From Fimbriosthenelais zetlandica (taxonomy: Eukaryota), in NCBI GenBank assembly GCA_977030845.1, contig OZ365110.1, positions 11,532,001-11,596,000 on the forward strand: a stretch of 64,000 nt of DNA, read 5' to 3'. The first letter of the stretch is position 1. The number at the start of each line of letters is the position of its first letter. This document shows positions 1-14,087 of this stretch, piece after piece. The notes under the pieces are model-generated. The model searched no databases. It saw nothing but the letters and a program-made list of their open reading frames with translations, and was not told where the DNA came from. The position numbers and the translations under genes were made by a program.

Positions 1-3000
1 TAGAAGTGGAAATGTCGACAACATTCATATGTAAACAGAGATGAACTGAGAGGCCTCCTGCGACCTTTAGGAATGAGACCTGACATGAATGTTTGAACAC
101 AGACAATATATTGTTCAATGACTTGAGAATACATAAGATGTGAACTTACAATAAATGTTGCCTTGAGCCAATAATGACTCCCACCAGGGAGTCAGCGATG
201 TGAGGTGGCAGGAAGGAGTTTCTCCTTTGCTGCCCCTGATGAGAGTGACTTTACAAGGCTTACAACAGTCCTTATATAGTGACTGACCATTGGGGTACCT
301 TTTGAGCTTTGAATTTGATTGGTCGAGAACCTTTGAGTTTAACACCTGATTGGTAGAGAAAAAGTGGTGTGACCACAGAAGGCCAAGGAAAAGAGAGTTT
401 AGTATAACTTTTGGCGGGAAAAAGGCCAAACCAAAGAATACACGTTTTAACATACGAGAAACCTTCGAATGGAAATAACAATGATAATATAGCTATAATT
501 ATAGGGCCCATAACTTTTGACTAGTCTAGCAAAAATGGTACCTACGGTGATTTACGGTACCTAACCATTATTTATAGTTTAGTACAATAATTTACTGGAA
601 GATTATCTGTCCCACTCAGTTATCCAATTGTCAATAAACGTTAAATTATTATACGGGAAAATCAAGTTGGTGTCTTCGGTCTTCACTATTCGCCAGCTCT
701 AAAACTGTATATATACTTTCCAATCCTCGCGAACTTGATCAGCCTTTGTGTTACATGATTTAGAGGAATTTTGTCACTAATGACTGTGTGCTTTGTGCGG
801 ATGCCGCGAACACTTCCAGTGGCCAGTTTGCATTATATTTGTGATCATCCCGCAATATTACAATAGCTCGCGTTCATTGCTGATAGTGTCACTTTAGGAA
901 GTCTATAGTATAGCTGAAATCAGGGTAGAGAATCCCCAAATTTTTAACACCCAAATCACAAAGAAATTTTCTACCAAATACATTAATACCATCCAAATCC
1001 CATTAATCTCCACTTCAATTGTAATTCGAAAGGCCAAAATTGGGCCTACATGCCACCTCCATTTCCCAAAAATATGGTCGCTGCCCTATGAAATGTGAAT
1101 TCATCGCCATGCGACCTAAAGTAGGCCTATAATAATGGGTAAATCTAAGGAAGAGTATTTTAATATCTCATCTATAGCTTGGCGTAGAAAATATTATATG
1201 ACATCCCTGTATAGATATATATGTCTGTGGTATGTCTAAATGAATAATCCTACTCAAGACAGAAGAGGATATTAACTCGAGTTTCCCAGTATATAAAGAT
1301 CTATAAAGATCTACTGACGCACTCCTTTGAAGAACGATATCTTACATCTAAGAGGGAAAAAATTAATGTAGAATCTATTTCTCACAGCAGGTGCTGAAGA
1401 AGGTAATATCATATTGCAAAATAGCCATACTCAACTCTACAGTATTTCAGAGATGATATAGAGGTTCCCCTGGAGATATCACTGGGAACCTCTATATAAC
1501 ATGTTATTAAGCATATTTTATACAGGGACTTTTATTATCAATACCGAACACTTTTAGTGGAATACAAAGATATTAGGACCCCAATAAGATTTTTCTCAGT
1601 GCTAGGTTAATTTTTTATTTCGGTTACATTTTTCTTATGAAAGACCCAATAAATACCATGTTCTTTGAGTTCTATTGTCAAGGACGTGACACTTTTCATG
1701 ACTCGAAACATCCTTCAGTAAAATAAAATCACAGCCTTGGCAAAATATTAGAAGGTAAGAATCCAGGGGTTAGGGTCTCAATACATGCAATTTGGTGAAG
1801 CCACATTCTATTTTTTTAAACACATTTTGCAGCATGAGGAAAGCGATTTTTACACCCAAATCAAACACTGGGCTGGCTTCTTCCTTAGAGGAAAAAGTAA
1901 TGAAACACCCAAATGTTGGCTGGAAAGGCAAGGCTGCCAAGGGAAACTCATTTCAATAGTAAAGGATAAATATTGCATGGTGATTCAATAAATCTTCAGT
2001 CTGTGATGTTAAGCCATCTTGACAAATGGAGAGACCAAACACTTTCAGTCATCATGAATTATCTTCTCTGGCAGAACGTGCTGCTTGCTTAATGCAGCTA
2101 TATAACTGTGCTATGAAGGAATCCTTAATATTGATGGCGCTTACAATTTATATCATTCATTTATTATGTCGTGCAAATGCGGCAGCGTGCCAATATTTAC
2201 CACTTAATGAATGGGCCTGAGTGACCTTGGCACATTGTTCACAATTCAGGTGACTGAAACTGAGATATCATTCGATCCAATTCGAACTTTTTTTGGTGAT
2301 TTTTCACCTGGTCAGTGTATATACTTATTAGTAAAAATCGCGCTAGTAATCAGGTGGTGACAAGAAACCTAACTATTTCTCTCTTTTCCTCAGGTTTTCG
2401 GTTTATTCATTATCCACGTTTGATGATAAGGACAATAAATGTGATTAAAACCATGTAAATTAAAAATTAATGGAAAATTCAAATTGGTCTTTTTCAGGAG
2501 AGGTTAGTGACATTGCTAAGGATTTCCATTGTAACATTTTATCATAAAATATAAACAAAAAAAGGTTTCTCAATGATTACTTAAAAACAGCCAATGATGG
2601 AAAGATGAGAATAGTACAATGTATGATGTAGGATACTCCCTCTAGTATTAATTAACAAATCAGGTTAAACTATAAGTATACATATGTGTATGTATTATTT
2701 ATATAATTATATCCCTTTATATTATAGGGGCAATTGGTGAGCTGAATAGAGCTGTGGCATACATGTAGCCTAACTCTACGGACATGGACGAGGAGTAGTG
2801 AATATTTTTATTTGGGACTTGGTTGCCAGGTATTTGCCAGGCGTTTTTGTAGGCTATATTATCTGGTGTTTAGTAAACTAGTAAAACTTCCAAATGTTTT
2901 GAAATTGTTTGAATTGACTGTTGTTTGAAGGTTTTATGTGTCCCAAGTCCACCTTTGATATGGGTTATTAAGTTATTAAATCTATTTTGATGTCAAGGTA

Positions 3001-3448
3001 TGGATGAAAATTAAATCTATTCGGCTATTCTGAGAACTATGGGAGAATATCGAGCGCTTGTTTTGCCACCATTTTGACGAGGGTTGACTGAAGTTACCGG
3101 TATCTTTTCCCTGTAGTCCACAGTGTTGTTATGAATACATTTCTAAGGATTCCATACATTTCTAATGAGCTCCTGTACAAATCAAAATGGTCAGCGACAA
3201 AAGTGATGCTTTGGCGCTGTAGTGTTACAAGGCCTGTTACAAGGCAGCAATGGAGTCGGATCTCTGATTGGTTGATGCAGGATATGTCAACCAATCAGAA
3301 GTGACGTTACACGAAAAATGCAGATTCCACATGTGATTTTGGTTAAAATACAACAAAATACAACATGGGGATCGGCGTATGGTAATGGTGTAACAAGTTG
3401 TGATATAAAAAAAACATTTAACGCCAGAATCAATATAATGGATGTTAT

Positions 3449-3667
3449 TTATTTAAAATCAGCTGGATGTAGTGGTAGTGACAAGTTAAGGTTGGAAGCT
3501 GCTTGCTTAGTATCCATGGCAACAGTATTCATGGCAACTTGTTGAACATTGACTAGAACAGCCATTGAGGTCTCAGGCACGCCATCTGTCGCCAATAGTT
3601 CGAGCAGCAAACAGGATGTGTGGGGTGGAAATGCCTGATGAACGTCGTCGATGTCAAAGTCTAATAC
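3449..3667 (-). CDS. Possible orphan terminal coding exon (72 aa), product unknown
   Basis: On the minus strand a polypyrimidine acceptor (ccttttgctattttccag|G) is followed by an open frame VLDFDIDDVHQAFPPHTSCLLLELLATDGVPETSMAVLVNV...PADFK*. AATAAA overlaps the stop. No family recognised and no convincing upstream exon chain. Confidence 0.25.
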   Translation of the reverse strand, partial: VLDFDIDDVHQAFPPHTSCLLLELLATDGVPETSMAVLVNVQQVAMNTVAMDTKQAASNLNLSLPLHPADFK

Positions 3668-4921
3668 CTGGAAAATAGCAAAAGGCCAGATGTCTTAACG
3701 GGTGTAAACTTACAGTAAAGAAAGTGTTGGCTAATGAAGAGAATGTGTACAGTGATAAATAACAGGTTGGAAAATCGGTGATGTCAGGCAAAAACATCCA
3801 ATACAATTTTATGTTGTTTATGATAATTTAGCATAACTTAGATTTTACAATTCACACTTACTCAATAAATTATGCTTTTGAACGGGTTAAGAATGAGTTT
3901 TGTTGGAGTCGAACAACGTCGCTCCAAAATAGGTATGAAAGTAGAAAACTCACTCAAACCAAAAAGCTTTATATGTGATTAATGGGTTTTATTTATAAGA
4001 GGGTGAATGCATTCTGTCAGATGGGGAGGCCTCCCAAATGTTATTTAGAAGTCGATTAGATATGCTCCAAATGAAAATGTTTGTTTAATCACTATGTTGT
4101 GAGAGACAGAAGGAAATATTTTCTGTCAATAAACTTACAGACGAACACATTGACAGATGGTAAAACGTCGTCTGTATGTATCTTTAAACAGTCAGACGCA
4201 GTATTTAGCAGCAATGATGAAGCAGCCTGGACACAATTCGCCAACCATATCATACATCTAAAGGGGAAGATATCTCAGCCACATGGCCTATTCAAATTCA
4301 ATCAATTTGGAGGAGGAAAATGAGAAATGCCAAGAGGGAGGAGGTGCAGGGCTTGAGGAATGGAGCTGTATCAACAGCTTGTGGACACCGGAAGTGGCGG
4401 TCCTGATGGATGATGGTGAAATATTCATCCTTCTATTGAGAGATGTTTAGAAACTCTACCTATAGGCTGCTTTACTGGTTATCTCCAGTCCGTCTGTCTG
4501 TAGACAGTGTTTCTATGAGAGTTTATCAGAGTAGTATTGGATGGTCAGACTATGAAGCAAAGTGAATGCTATGATCTCTATAATCCTGTGGAAATAGACT
4601 ATAGAGATTCGAAACTTGGCAATTAATTTTTTTGAACTTTTCAGAAGGGATTTACTTTCTGATACTTTGTTATATTATCCCATGGACACCCAGTCCCACA
4701 CTCACCCCCTCCACATTTAGGCCTCTATTTTGGGGGTCTGTCTCTCTCGTCTTTCCCGGGGTGTCTGTCTCCCCAAATATCTATATATCTGATATCAGAC
4801 ATGTCATGGGCCATTCTACCATGTGCATTCAGCATATAATATGTGGACGTGTACACTCATTTTTCTGAATTTCAAAGGAAGCACCCCCACCCTGCCTCTT
4901 TCTCCCTCTCGTTACCTCTAA

Positions 4922-5160
4922 AGCCCGACATCCACCAGCCCGATTTTCATCCCGATTTTGCGATCTTAAGCGATCACAGGCGATCGGGACCCCCCAAAAA
5001 GATCCGTTCCGATGATCGAGCTGGTGGATGCCAAAATCTTGGGATCGGCGCCGATTTTTCAATGGTAAATCAACAGGGAAAAGATCCGTAACGATTTATT
5101 TTGATCTTTGCCGATCACAAACATCGGTGCCCTCAAAGATCGTACAGTGGATGTCGGGCT
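4922..5160. mobile_element. PIF/Harbinger-like MITE, family B (intact 239-bp copy)
   Basis: Perfect 14-bp TIR AGCCCGACATCCAC / GTGGATGTCGGGCT with TAA on both sides (4919-4921, 5161-5163). A second copy lies at 49409-50585 in opposite orientation. Confidence 0.85.
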
Positions 5161-8100
5161 TAACACTCCCTCTCCCCACTCTCTCTCTCCCTCTCAATAC
5201 CTCATGAAACAATCTATAAAACAAAAAAATATTCTTCGGATAAACGATTAACCAGGAATATATGTAAAACAACAACAAAAAACACCCCAGAAAAAAACAA
5301 GATATATTAGGAGTGAGAGAGTTGGATTTCTATCCATGAGTGGCGACCCACAGTTGCTAATCTCTCTGATCTCCCTCTCTTTCTTATGTGCTAGCTCTCT
5401 CCCTCTTTCTCTCCTCTCAACCCTACATCAGTTGTCTAACCCTCACCCAGTTCCCTGATTGCCTCAATGAACTGACTGGGAACTGTTCAGCCTGTATTCT
5501 CTCAATAGCTGCCTGGATCGATCATCAGGCATTGTGAGGAGAAACTTTGTCTGGGCGGACAAAATAGTCTGTTATATAGCCAGACTGTCATTAGGCCCGG
5601 CAGAGCTAATGGCAGTAATGTCCTCCTCTACGTCCCTTTAACACGAGTACAGGCCGCGCACAGCTTAGTCTTAGTTAACACAAGATCTATGTGAGAAAAC
5701 AAGTAAATGGGCGGAGCTAAACAATGATATGTGCTCATGAATTATGCATGGTTACTTCTGTTATCAAATACAGAGCAAAGGAGGCAGATCAGTGTAGTAA
5801 ATCTTATCGGGATTATTTATGTGCTATGTGTAGCTTATATGGCATTTATGAGAAACGTCTACGAGACAATGACCATCAACATCAAGGATAGATGCCTTTT
5901 TAACCAGAATCATTCAACCATCACAATGAAATGTTTTTTAAATTAAAACAAAATCATAATCAGAGTACAGTATAGAGTTACATTACACAGAAGACATTCC
6001 TTTCCCCAGTTGTATCAGTATAAATCAAAACACCAGAAAATCTTTCCAATTGGGAACATTCTGACAGGGTTGAATAATTTAGTGCCAACTATAAGGCTTC
6101 TCAAAGCAGCTAGCAGTTGATTGATGACGAATGAACAGGTACAGGAGATATTATCTCGTTTGTCCACCAAATTCAAATGACATGGTATTCATATATACTT
6201 CTGTATTATGAAGGAAATTCACATGCACAGAGGGATGCCTCCTGAAGTCAGTGTGCTGAAACCGGGGCTGAAACCAGAGCCCAGATTATGATCAGCACTC
6301 GAGCGACAATAAAAATGCTTTAAGAAAATAGATAGAAATCTCCAATGCATGATCTGAATGACATGTGCACCCTGTAAGAATTGACCAGAATATTGGACCA
6401 ATTTCACATGAAGGAATACACACCTGAGTTAACCACTGGGCATTTTGCTTGAGGAAGGGTTAATGAATTATGATAATATGTCCCATTAGGCGTTCTAGAT
6501 AGACAATACCGTATGATGCATTGTATAATTAGTCCATAAAAGCAAGGACTGGCCAGCCATATTATCAGGTCATGGCAGAGGATGCCATCCCTTAGTACAG
6601 TTAACCTGTACCACCAATCATGCTGTGACACACAATGGGGATTTGTCCAGATGATAAACGTTCCCACTGGTAATCCGCATGAACTATCACAACCGGCCCG
6701 GCTAGGGTCGTTGGTCACCTTCCTAAATATCCTTTGCAAAACAAGTCTCATTCTCTAGCTGCTGCCTGGGACTCTTGTTTAAGCCAGTCGAAACATGTAG
6801 TGTGTATTTATTAAATCAAGGACATACCAAGCGAACATACGATTGATTGATAGGGGTTTAAGGTGACAGCAACTTTATGTATAGACTAATTTTATATACA
6901 GTCATGGTCGAAGAGAAGGAAACACGCTGTCAGCTCTAGATGACTACCTCTTACCAAACATCATTGGAGCTATACTTTTTTACTGCACTTTTATACAGCA
7001 TATCAAGTTATCAAGTTTTATTGTTTGTTTCGTCGGTGTCTATTACTTGTTTGATCTCCAGATTACTGGGACCATAACACAATGTTACTATGAGATGCAC
7101 ATCGTTTTATGACCTGAATGAAAGAACAGAAAGTTTTTTTCTGATGACCAAAATTCTTAGTGTTAATGCGTCAGATTTTACCACTGGCCTTAGTGAGAGG
7201 ATTACAATAATTATGTATCAAGGAATGTAGAAAGGAATGCTCAGTGTACTGCTTCATTGTACATGTTCGCTTAGTGCGTTCTTGGCTTTTAATCCTGAAA
7301 GCTTCCAGCAAGCCCTCAACCAAGTCATCCATTGCAGTCAGAAGCGTGGCCGGACCTTGTAAAGGCGAACGCCCAGAGGGAACGATAACTCAGCGGAAAC
7401 CTTGTTAATTGTACATGTATATGCATGTGTATGGCATGCACGGCCTACTAATCATTGCTCAGCCTTGCTACGAGTTCCCTTTGTCTTAATGTGAATGATC
7501 AATTTTAGGTTTATCTAAATGCATGCTGACCTGGGGCAGGTATAGAAGCAGTAGGCCTGTATATGTATGAAAGCTAGAACCAGCCTGACCGCTTGCATGC
7601 ACCGCTGTTCTAATGTAGGCGGTCATTTAATTCTCGTAGCAAAATGTCGGCACATTGTTATGTTATCTTACGTTGGTGACATTATTCTGTTACGAATTTA
7701 TTGATTCATTTACTATATAAACAAAGTTTCAAATATAAAGTTGGTTAAGAGTCGTGAAAAGTTAACTAAGTCCTGCACGCGACAGAGGGAAACATACCAC
7801 TTCATAACACTTTCTTAGGAAAACCCCTAGTCTACTACAGTACATATTGAAAATGGGAACTGTATCATTCCATTTGTGCGGATATTATAGGAGCATATTC
7901 AGCAACTACGCAGATTCTAGCATATAAATCGCTAGAAATATTATTTGCGTGTGCTCGCCCAACCAAAGGCAATTCCAAACAACTTTTCAATTTACCTTTC
8001 CCCCCATTCACCTAGCAATGCAGACATAGTAATGTGGAGACACAAAACCCGGGGTCAGTAGAGAATGGGGCAAACCACCCGCCGGCCCATGTGGCAATTT

Positions 8101-8653
8101 TATGAGCAATGTTGGGCTAGGTTCCTATTCATCATGGCGCCTGGCCTGATAAAATAGCCAGCTACTTGATTTACAAGTTAGAGTAGGCTTGCCATAACAT
8201 ACAAATGCTAAAGCCACTGAGGCCTGGCCAACTCCCTTGCTCCGCTCCAAAGGGTTGGCGGGGTGAGAAGCTCCAGTAGCAAGGTCAATAGATTCAGATG
8301 GGGGAGAAATGGTCACAATCTGGGAATAAATGCCTATTGGTGGAGGCGGAGAGATTGATATAGTAGTGTAATGTAGTGCTATGGAGCTATGAATGGGGCG
8401 GATCCAGTGGCTCGTTATCCCAATGCCTGTGTAACTTGGTCCTCATGATCACCATCTATAGCCGTCTGAGTGGGCCGTTTATGATCAAATCCCAAGTCGT
8501 ATCGCTAAGTCTGAATGGGCATCATCCTCAGCAGAGATAGGAGGTGGAGAATCAAAGGCATCATGTGAAAAGGAATGGATCCATGCAATGAGCCGTCACA
8601 GTGTGTGGACCATCAATTATAGCCTTGATCGACATGACCCCTGTTTCATAAAT

Positions 8654-8864
8654 GGGCCTGTTTCATAAACAATGCGTGGGTTGCAGAATCACAATTGGCC
8701 TGCCTATGTGTTGTTGGCGAAAGGGGTCGGAAAAAAACAAAACCATATTTGGCGATGGCGATTCACAAAACATTATACAATTTTTTTCTGCAACCAACGC
8801 AATAATGGGATATATTTTAGCTTTTGATTTACAATCGAGCACGAATTTTTGCTGAAACAGGCCC
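8654..8864. mobile_element. MITE, family D (GGGCCTGTTTCA TIR)
   Basis: TIR GGGCCTGTTTCA / TGAAACAGGCCC. The internal sequence (ttgttggcgaaa...tggcgattcacaaaacattat) recurs near 49195-49260 and, inverted, near 51380-51430. Confidence 0.7.
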
Positions 8865-10550
8865 TGGTGTCTGGCTCTTGGAGCTTTACAAGATTTGCAG
8901 ACTCGTTGTGCTCACACATCTGGAACCCCCGTGAAAACAAACAATCCCCCGCTGCATGAAACGAACCCTTGAGGGGGCCTTAATTGCATGACAGACGTAC
9001 CCAGGAAATTCTTTCAAAGATTTTTCATTGCGTTGCACAATCAAAATCCGCGGAATGATTCACATTGTGTTGTAATAACCTATCAATTAGTGAACTATTA
9101 TAATAATGATAATGATTGATGAACCAATGTTTCATAAAATTAGTGAACTATTAATTAGGGAAATTAGGAATGAACAAGTCTTCCTAATCCTAACGTGCCT
9201 TTGTTTTTAATACATGTCATGAGCATTTCAGGAGGGGGAGGGTGCTTGACTAGAACATTCTCTCTGAAGTGGACCCGCAGTTGCATGGACTCGTAAGATT
9301 AACATTGACCGGTTAGATTGCCAGACTCGATGAATATCATCGGTTTTGAAACGAGCCCCTGCATGAGAGAAACACGGATGGTATTTCATGATCTGTCTAT
9401 ATTAATATTAAAAAAAGACACACTCCCCCTGATAAAATGCCTAAAACAATTTCCTCAATATGCATAAAAGGCCAGTGGGGGGAACGCATTTAGTCATTGA
9501 AAAGTCGAACAAACTTTGCTTAAGCTTAAACCAAGATAATTGCATTTGCTCTTTTGCCTTGAACAACAGAGGAGACATGCAAATCTCATAATGTAATAGG
9601 GAGCTACCGCCAAGAAAGGATTTCTCTTGAGAATAATCACAAAATGATAGAATGCTTAATTCACAAATTAAATTCACGTTTTGATTCCATCAATTCAGAT
9701 ATGCAAAAAATGCAAAATATTCTCAACATGGAGGTCCTGATCATTTGACTGGTTCTTTGAAAATTGTTATGAACATAAAGCTACTACTATATGGCGAAAG
9801 AAAAATTCTTGCTCAACACAAAATTATGATTTTGAGTAAATTTTATCAACTGAATATGCCTCCATGAGATCTAATTGCAGAAAAATGGTTTGTATTTCTT
9901 TACTTCTTTAATAATTATAGGAGAGAATGCCCAAGACAAATTAAATTATATCCCCACATATTATGATATGATAACAATGTCATGTTGTATCATGTTGTAC
10001 GGTAACTATGGAATTGCTACTTCAGGGCTCCATATGTATGGATGTTTTTCATGTCTGGATGCGTTTTTTTCGAACTTTGGACCCTCATAGTTCCCTGCTG
10101 CCACCTTCAAACATGGTTTAATTGATGTTTTCCTAAAGTCTGCATAGAGGAAAGTCACTTCAGAAATAAACATGGATGTGGCTTGAATAGATTATTCACA
10201 GTAGAGCTTTGAAAATGGCCCAAAATAAAAGAGGGTTTTTCTTGGAATAACTCCCCTCGATGTCAACGGCCATAAATAATGAACCAAGGGTCAGTGTAAC
10301 CTAATTATTTCTCAAACATCCTTATAATGTCTCTTCCTCATATGTGTGAAGTTTCAACAAAATCAGAGATGGTCGAGCTGGGATCTTCTTAAGAATTGCC
10401 TGATTTCAGATGGAATCACCCATACGAGAGTTTCCTCTTTCAGATCTATTCAAAATGAGAAGACAGTATACTGTAACTAATCCTTGTGGACTCAACTATA
10501 GTTACTTCTGGAATGAGATGGAAGGTTAAAATGCATGCAGTGCCTGAGCT

Positions 10551-10565
10551 GGGGGGGGGGGGGGG
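10551..10565. repeat. Poly-G tract (G15)
   Basis: Direct reading. Confidence 0.95.
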
Positions 10566-13500
10566 CGAAGAAGCTACTAGTGCCCAATGCACACTGCCGG
10601 TGGTAGAGGGAGCACTTGCAGTGAGGTAAGGGACTTGGTCAGTGAGGCTGGGGAGGCAGGGAAGCAGGGAAGGACAATGTTCCAGCTGACCCCTAGGGTA
10701 CCATTCTACCCACTTTAGTATCCAGACGGGAGTGACCACTGGGCTGGCCTCCAGTGGTCACTAGGGTATTCCCCCCCATGCCATTAGAATGACATCTCAT
10801 CAGTCTTCAGCCCATAGTCAGTCACAGGGCTAAATGAATCAGAAGGCGTATTGTCTGTCAGATACGGTTCATGGAAGCAGATTAATTAGACATTGGTGGA
10901 TAGGGTAAATCCAATTTATTGTCTGTGAACTTATTATTGTGTACAGATTATTGACACCTGTTGGTCAAATTTATATTTTTAGGTTTCTAAATATTATGGC
11001 CAATGCAAGATTCGTCTGCAAACCTGAAGTGTTAATTGCGCTTAATATGCCGTTGTAACGGTTCTCTTAGATTGCACATGGCAGGACTTATTCAATGGAA
11101 AGGGCAAAACACTTCAGCTAAATTTGCGACTTAGAGGATTTGAGGTTTGCACGATAAGTTAGAAGAAGTCATAAATAATAATTATGTTGCCCTATACTCA
11201 ATAATTATTTCAAACTTGGAAAAACACCCTGACAACTTTCAGTCCATACGTTCCCTAAAACATTCATTTTTTTCCTCAAGGGATACAAGTCCAAATGGAA
11301 TCATGTAGATTTATATGAAATTATACATACTTTAAGTGTCAGTATACCTTGTAGTCTTCAGGCAAACTGCATACAACATGCACAGTAATACCCTAAGCTC
11401 CTACAGTTTGTAAAGGTCGACTATACAAAGGCCTTATCTCTCCTGAAGGACATCTTTCTTTATAAAACAGGGGAAGAAGAACATAGGAGGGAAGTACAAG
11501 TCGATATTTACCTTTCCCATGCAGGAGATAATAATATATTTGGGGTTACTAGCTGACAACATACACAATGATACAGGGACCTGTTTCAAGAGACCTGCAT
11601 GCACATTGACACGGTTCCAAGACAAGATTGAGTGTATAACGCCCACCCCACCCCCACAAAAAATATATGCGTTTGGCTGCTGCAATTTTAGGAGACAAAT
11701 CCCCAGTCAAGAGTGAGTCGCAACCAATTCCACAACTTGCTTGTGAGCATGCACTGCCATTCTGGCAAGCATCATTTTGCAGATTATTTCGCACCACGTT
11801 TGCAATCTTGCGTGGGACCCACGATGTTAGTTGTACAATTATAGGGTTATAAATTTATTTTTATCAGCCTAACCGACTGCCTCATTTTCATGTAACGGTT
11901 CCCAAAACACATTTGTAAAACAGGGTTCAGAATCCTCTGAAGTATAGCCAAGTGAAGGTCAGAAGAAAAACTAGCTTGACACACGAGTCATCAGGACAGG
12001 CCCATAACTTATCTCACAACTGACACACAAACTGTTTCATTGCTCAACCAAGTCATTAGAGGCATATTCAAATATGTGAGTAAGGCTGGGGAGAACATGA
12101 CCAGTCTGACCCTAGCCTTCCATGCATCATTGCAATCAGCAAGAAAACAATCATGGCAACAACCAACACTGAAGGGCCATTCCTCTCAGTTGCCGCCATT
12201 AACACGGGCGGCGCTAGCAGCTAGGTGTCCTACCAGCCAATTGGTATGCATGCTCCCCGCACTTCCGTTGCATGTTGAAATCCATTTCTCCTGCGTTTGA
12301 CCCCGAACCTCATAAATCCTCTGGCTAATCCAAATGGTCTCAGTGAGAGCTTAGCGTTAATCTATGGGGGATAAGGAATTTAGATGGAAGCGATCCGCCA
12401 TCCAGGCCCGGTCAGCGACTGCCAGGTGTAATTAAGTGAGAAGGGATGAACCATCATGTTTCTGTCTCATTGTATAGAGACAAACATAATGGGAATACCA
12501 TCCAGGCAGGTGGTAACTCTACCATACACTATAACCACAGACGTAATAATGAAACGATCCAACAGACGCGCAATGATGGTGATGTATTGGCTTTTTCAAT
12601 TACATTTCGAGGATTAATGTGAATAGTATCTGGAAATGTTTTCCCATATGTTGGACAAATATATTGGACTTCATATATCACGGTTCTAAATGATGAGGAT
12701 GTATAATGATAATTATGATGGGAGTCGTGTTCATAAAAAAGAAATAGCAGTCATTCTTCCTGAAGTACACCAGGCAGTTGGACAGATCCAGGCTTGGATC
12801 CATGAGGATACAGGCCATGGATTCTCTTCGATTCTCCTCTATATCCTTATTAATTTTGTCTAGAATCTTATTATTGAGTTTAATTGTGCTGGAACAATTT
12901 CCACTTGAGTTTGCTAACTAGACACAGCGATAGGCGGAAGATCATGGTACTGCCATTTACGAATGCTATGTGAGCCTATATATAAGGATGTATTGATAAC
13001 TGAAAAGCTGTATTATTATACATGTAAATATGTTGAGTAAAAAAAAATGGCCCGTACCACTCGGTTTTTCTTGCAAATTGTCTTGCACGTGTATATACAT
13101 AACAATTGACAACAACTGTAGCACCACTATCAGGAACTTGATATTCCCACATTCACTACAATTGCATCAACCGCAAGTGACGCTAGTGGCCATACTTGCG
13201 GCGATATCAACATTTTGTAATTGTGTTTCACCTGCACTGCTGGCCTTCGCGCATCTTGCATGCAGAATTATACCGGAAGGTCCGAAGGCAAATTTTAATT
13301 TTATATCGGCTGTACTGAGAAGTGTTTAAGCCCTTCAGCTAGGTTTGGAAATACATTGTGGAAATCCAACAAAGACGAAAGATAAAAGATGAAAAACATG
13401 GCGCATGCCCTTACACTAACAGTATTCTTTTCACTAAAATTTGCCTCGATTCTTTAGAGCCTATATTTAAACTTTGCAATAGGTCTGCATGGGAAAATCA

Positions 13501-14087
13501 TCAAAATTCATGTTATTTAAAATTTCATAGTGCAATACTTTGACATCTTTGTTAGCCACATAACAGATAGCGATAAGACATTCTGAACAGATCTTAATAT
13601 GTAATTAAACTTTTAGGGGGTATAACTGTTTTGTTGCAGGCGCCCTTGAAAGTCATGGAATTTTGAAATTTAATTATCTTTGTTGGCATTGAGTTTTCAA
13701 ATCAGGAGGCAAAGAAAAGTGTCCGAGAATCCATTAGTTCTGATTAAATTACAACATGCAATGAGTTTCAATGGATATTAACCCTGATTTTTGCCATGGG
13801 CAAAGAGTACATCGCCCACGGCGGGAGTTAATATTGAGAAACGTGGATCAAATGTCTGGCCCAACTTACAGTCCAGGCTTTCAGGCCAGGAAAACAAAGT
13901 TAGTCAAAAATCATACTTTACAAAAGACGAAAATGATGTGAACAAATCTCCCTTGATGTCTTAAAGCACAGCTCAATGTTAATTTCACCGACTTTAACTA
14001 GTTTCTTTCTTCAGTCTTTCAGAGAGTTAAAAATCAACAGGGGAAATAATGGGGTGATAATCATGACAGAAGAAAAGAGCAGTGTTA

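Noticed and set aside
6480-6590. Gypsy integrase-like reading (IPYDALYN*SIKARTGQPYYQVMAEDAIP)
   Set aside because: Only a loose resemblance to the integrase STGxTP motif region. No catalytic D-D-E context, LTRs, RT or RNase H visible.
6840-6960. Possible tail of another SINE (gattgattgat...gggtttaagg)
   Set aside because: Too degenerate, and no second copy to align against.
9690-10390. Probable old non-autonomous DNA element (contains tgtgtgaagtttcaacaaaatc)
   Set aside because: It looks repeat-like, but I could not match termini or find a second copy, so boundaries and class are unsupported.
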